Origin: a bacterium
Lineage (GTDB): Bacteria > SAR324 > NAC60-12
DNA length: 15,966 nucleotides
NCBI GenBank assembly: GCA_965233585.1
Contig: CBDDTI010000151.1
Coordinates: 1 to 15,966, forward strand
Reading direction: 5' to 3'
Shown here piece by piece: positions 12,401 through 15,966 of this stretch. A program made the position numbers and the translations under genes. The first letter of the stretch is position 1, and every line of letters starts with the position of its first letter. Under the pieces are notes generated by a model. It saw only the letters and a list, made by a program, of their open reading frames with translations. It did no database searches and was not told the DNA's origin.

Positions 12401-14688
12401 TAGCCCGGTCGACGGGTCTGGTTTGCTCTCCGAGATCTCGCTTCACCACCCTTCCATTCGTAAAAATCTCGATGTATTCATATCAGAACCCGGGATCTCT
12501 AAGCTCAATATCTTAAATGACACTTTGCAATCTGTCCTGAGCTTACACGCTCCTGTGAAACAAATTAAACTTCGGAGTAGACCGTGTTCCAGGAAATCAT
12601 GGATCTTACGAGATCGCGAGATCTCCTTCTGAAGCAATTCATACAGTCTCGCCAAGACACCGAGTGGATAAATTTCAAACATTCCCGCGACTTGTCAAGA
12701 AAAAGCTACAAGAAGCTGAAAGAAATTACACCTTTGAAGAGGTCACAGCTAATAAAAACAACTCTGGCTCACTCTGGAAAATTATTAATCGCACCATCCC
12801 CTCCAAAGATAACCAGAGACTAGCCTTTACCAAGGATGTGACAGTCTTAACCAACGAATTCAATCAATTTTTTTGCTAAAGTCGGCTTAAATGCCGCTGA
12901 CGCAGTACAGCGCTTGAGGGAAGAACATAACATCACAGTCCGAGATTTTTCATTCGAAACTCGCATAGACAATTCCTCTATGGAATTATTCGATTTAAGG
13001 ACAGTGTCACGCGAGGAGGTTCGCCGAATTGTAACATCTCTCCCAATGAATAAATCACCGGGACCGGACAAGATCAGCGCTCGTGTAATAAAAGAATGTC
13101 TCCCTGTCATACTGGGTCCTCTTGCTGACATCATCAATTGTTCCATCCTTACTAGCACATTTCCTGATAACGGGAAAGATGCTGAGGTGATTCCGATTCT
13201 TAAAGACGGCGACCATGAAAAAGCTGCCAACAAAAGACCGTTATCTTTGCTGGCCGTAGTTTCAAAGGTCCTCGAAAGGATTGTTTTGAATCAGTTCAGT
13301 GCCTATCTCACAAAAAACAATCGCCTTACTTCTCACCAAAGCGGCAATAAAAAAGCTCATTCTACAGAGACCTTAAACATGCTGCTCACGGATAAGATAC
13401 TCGAAGCAATGGATAAAAAGCAGATAACAGCACTAGTACTATTAGATCTATCCAAAGCCTTTGACAGTATAGACCATGCAAGGTTGCTCCACAAACCCTC
13501 CATCTTAGGAGCTTCATCCTCTACTGTTAAATGGTTCAAGAGCTATTTAACTGGTCGCAGGCAATATGTGAGAATTGGCTCTGCCTGCTCTAATACTCTA
13601 CCTATAACTCACGGAGTCCCTCAAGGCGCAATCTTATCACCATTGTTGTTCTGCATTTATCTCAACGATTTACCCACGGCACCGACGTTTTGCAACCTTG
13701 AATCGTATGTGGATGACTCAAAACTATTCATGTCATTTCCGCTCGTTGAGCTTGATGCTGCCACTGAAAAGCTCGAACAAGACCTTCACAGTGTAGCTCA
13801 ATGGTGCTGCGAGAACCATTTACTTATCAATCCCGATAAAACTAAACTCCTTTTCCTTGGTACTAGACAGATGTTAAGCAGGTTACCAGAAGTCCCTAGA
13901 GTGGTATTCTTAGGTAAAACACTGGAGCCAACAGACTCTGCCAAGGACTTGGGAGTCTTTCTTGACCCCCATCTGACCTACGATTACTACATTTCATGTG
14001 TAGTGTCATCTTGTTTCGCAAGGCTTTGCCAAATAAATAGAGTTAAGAGGAGCTTCGACAAGGAAACACTAGCGTTGTTAGTAACGTCGTTAGTCTTTAG
14101 TAAGATGCTTTACTGCTCATCTGTATGGTCAAATACTACACTCCAGAATATAAACAGATTACAATTTATTCAGAATTTTGCCAGCAAGATTGTAACAAAC
14201 TCTAGGAAGTTTGACCACGTAACACCCCTGCTTCGAGAGCTAAATTGGCTTCCTGTTAAAGAACAATTATTCTATAGGAACTCCGTTTTGATCTTTAAAT
14301 GTCAGAACGATCTTGCGCCTCAATACTTAATGAGCAAGTTTACAAAGCGCTCAAATATACATACCCGTAACACTCGTACGCGGAATTTTTTGCAGATTCC
14401 GCTATACAGAACGGCTATTGGCCAGCGCACATTTTCCTACAGAGGGGCCAACACATGGAATAACCTGCATAATGAACTTAGGCAAAGTGCATCACTGACT
14501 TCTTTCAAGCGCGCTCTGAGAGACACACTACTGAAACAGACATTCCCTTCATAAGCTTTAGAATTTGGTAGAATGTCATCCTGAATTGCGATTTCGAGTC
14601 TTTTTGTCTTTTTCGCTTTTATAAATTTTAAACAGTTTGTAAATAGTTTCTGAAAAACCTCTCGAGGATGTTACTATTAAAAGTTATA
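12401..14688 (+). mobile_element. 5'-truncated non-LTR retrotransposon of the L2/CR1 group
   Basis: ORF2 remnant lacking the APE domain; short T-rich 3' UTR ending ...ctgaaaaacctctcgaggatgttactattaaaagttata; candidate TTATA target duplication at 12396-12400 and 14689-14693. The first ~100 nt may not be LINE-derived. Confidence 0.88.
12500..14554 (+). pseudogene. LINE ORF2 reverse transcriptase; open from ~12880 to 14554 with several frameshifts upstream
   Basis: Motifs KSPGPDKI, RPLSLL, HQSG...HSTET, LLDLSKAFDSIDH, GVPQGAILSPLLF, YVDD, LLINPDKT, KDLGVFLD, DHVTPLLRELNWL, RTFSYRG..WN.L. Upstream pieces (HAPVKQIK; LWKIIN) lie in different frames (ORFs 12423, 12584, 12664). Confidence 0.93.
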
Positions 14689-14905
14689 TTATAAGAGGCC
14701 CTTAATCACCTGTTTCTCCGGCCATGCAAAGAATTGACACGCACATGCCGATTAGCGAATAATATGCCACTGTTGAAAGTCACTTCTTTCTTACGGTCTT
14801 GTAACTCAGTTTATCTTTTAATACGCATTTGTTCAATCTATAAAAAAGTATATTTAAAAACAGGTAAAGGCTTAATACTAATTTCAAACCGTTTGTTCTA
14901 AACAG

Positions 14906-14996
14906 TGACAACTGAAGCTGATGGTTTCGAGGGTGAAGACGATCTAGGCCTCAAGCTTTGCTTCGTGATAAAAAACATCATTGCTTTCATACAATG
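14906..14996 (+). other. Candidate isolated internal exon of an unidentified gene
   Basis: Acceptor gtttgttctaaacAG, donor TG|gtatgt, open frame TTEADGFEGEDDLGLKLCFVIKNIIAFIQ. No recognisable homology. Confidence 0.35.
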
Positions 14997-15966
14997 GTAT
15001 GTTCAACCTAAGGACAAACTTGCATCCCATTCATTCCAGCTTACCAAGGTCGCAATTTTAACCTTCGGTAGCAACAGGCATGATTTTAACCAAGACTGAT
15101 TTAGAAATTGTGGAATGGCTGAAAAAATCGACGGTTGCTATGAAGTGAAGCAGGCAATAATCTTTAGATAATTGCCTTTGAAAAATAAGCATGTTAAAAA
15201 TACCTATTTGCTTGTTTTGACTGCCAAAGCTTTCTTTAGCTTTTAATAGATTCCTATCCACAGGGTCTTTTTTAGTTGATAATTGGAAAGTTTAGTCCCT
15301 GCTCTCGTAGAGCTACCCAATGTAAATTGTTAAAGTTGATGTTATTTTTAACATTTTGTGAGTTTAAACGCTAAATAGTACCATAAAATAGCTTACCTTG
15401 CCTCGCGCAAAATATTAACGATGTGAACAAAACATTGAATTTTTAATATTACTAATTATTCAGGAATTGGTAATGACAAACTTTGAATTGTTATTGATTT
15501 TATTTACACCTGTCAGAAAGGAACTGTTCTGTAATGCTTCCGACATTAACCTGCATTGAATTATTTTTAGAAGCAAACCTTTTTGCCATGTTGAGTAGTT
15601 ATGACCACATTTTTTTATTGTTTAATTCAACTGATATCATTCTAGAGTGTCCTTGAATTACCGGCGGTAAACTTGGTAACTTAATACTATCAATGATCCA
15701 AAGACATTTCGTTGTTGTTTTTATTTTATTAAAACTAAAACATGTCCAAACTTCCTCGCGAATCCGTTAAACGTTATGAGACATTCTGCCAAAACAATGC
15801 AAAATGAAATACCCGGTTAGAGCAGCTGCCATAGAAGGCTAAGAAATCGCTGTATCTAGAAAGAAACTGAGCCAGTCGATAAGTCTGAATCAGGGCAACT
15901 CTACGCTAGTTTGTACTTGCATTCCCAGGGGATTCCTCCGAGTTAACAGAGGATTAAAGCTTTGCT

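Noticed and set aside
12847..13539. Minus-strand ORFs 12847..13233 and 13357..13539
   Set aside because: They are antisense to the LINE RT and have no independent support.

Overview
AT-rich eukaryotic DNA with spliceosomal introns, made almost entirely of nested transposable elements. The repeat types suggest a marine invertebrate such as an anthozoan or coral (inference). (1) 1-2636: four same-strand Penelope-like retroelement (PLE) 3' ends stacked in a (TA)n microsatellite, each with its own hammerhead ribozyme whose predicted cleavage site lies 45-54 nt before the TA junction. (2) A diverged 51-bp tandem array (~3190-3614 and 10354-~10695) split in register by a 6,735-bp Kolobok-type DNA transposon (3615-10349; 35-bp TIRs, AG...CT ends, TTAA duplication). 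This element carries two convergent, intron-containing, now broken genes: a DDE transposase on +, and on - a 4-exon gene joining a CXC-like Cys cluster to a P2X7 'ballast'-like domain. A tRNA-derived SINE interrupts the transposase just before the putative catalytic Glu, and two foldback repeats sit between the genes. (3) 12401-14688: a 5'-truncated L2/CR1-group LINE inserted in the loop of a 13-bp-arm palindrome. No intact host gene can be supported; there are only weak exon-like traces at ~11117-11586 and 14906-14996.
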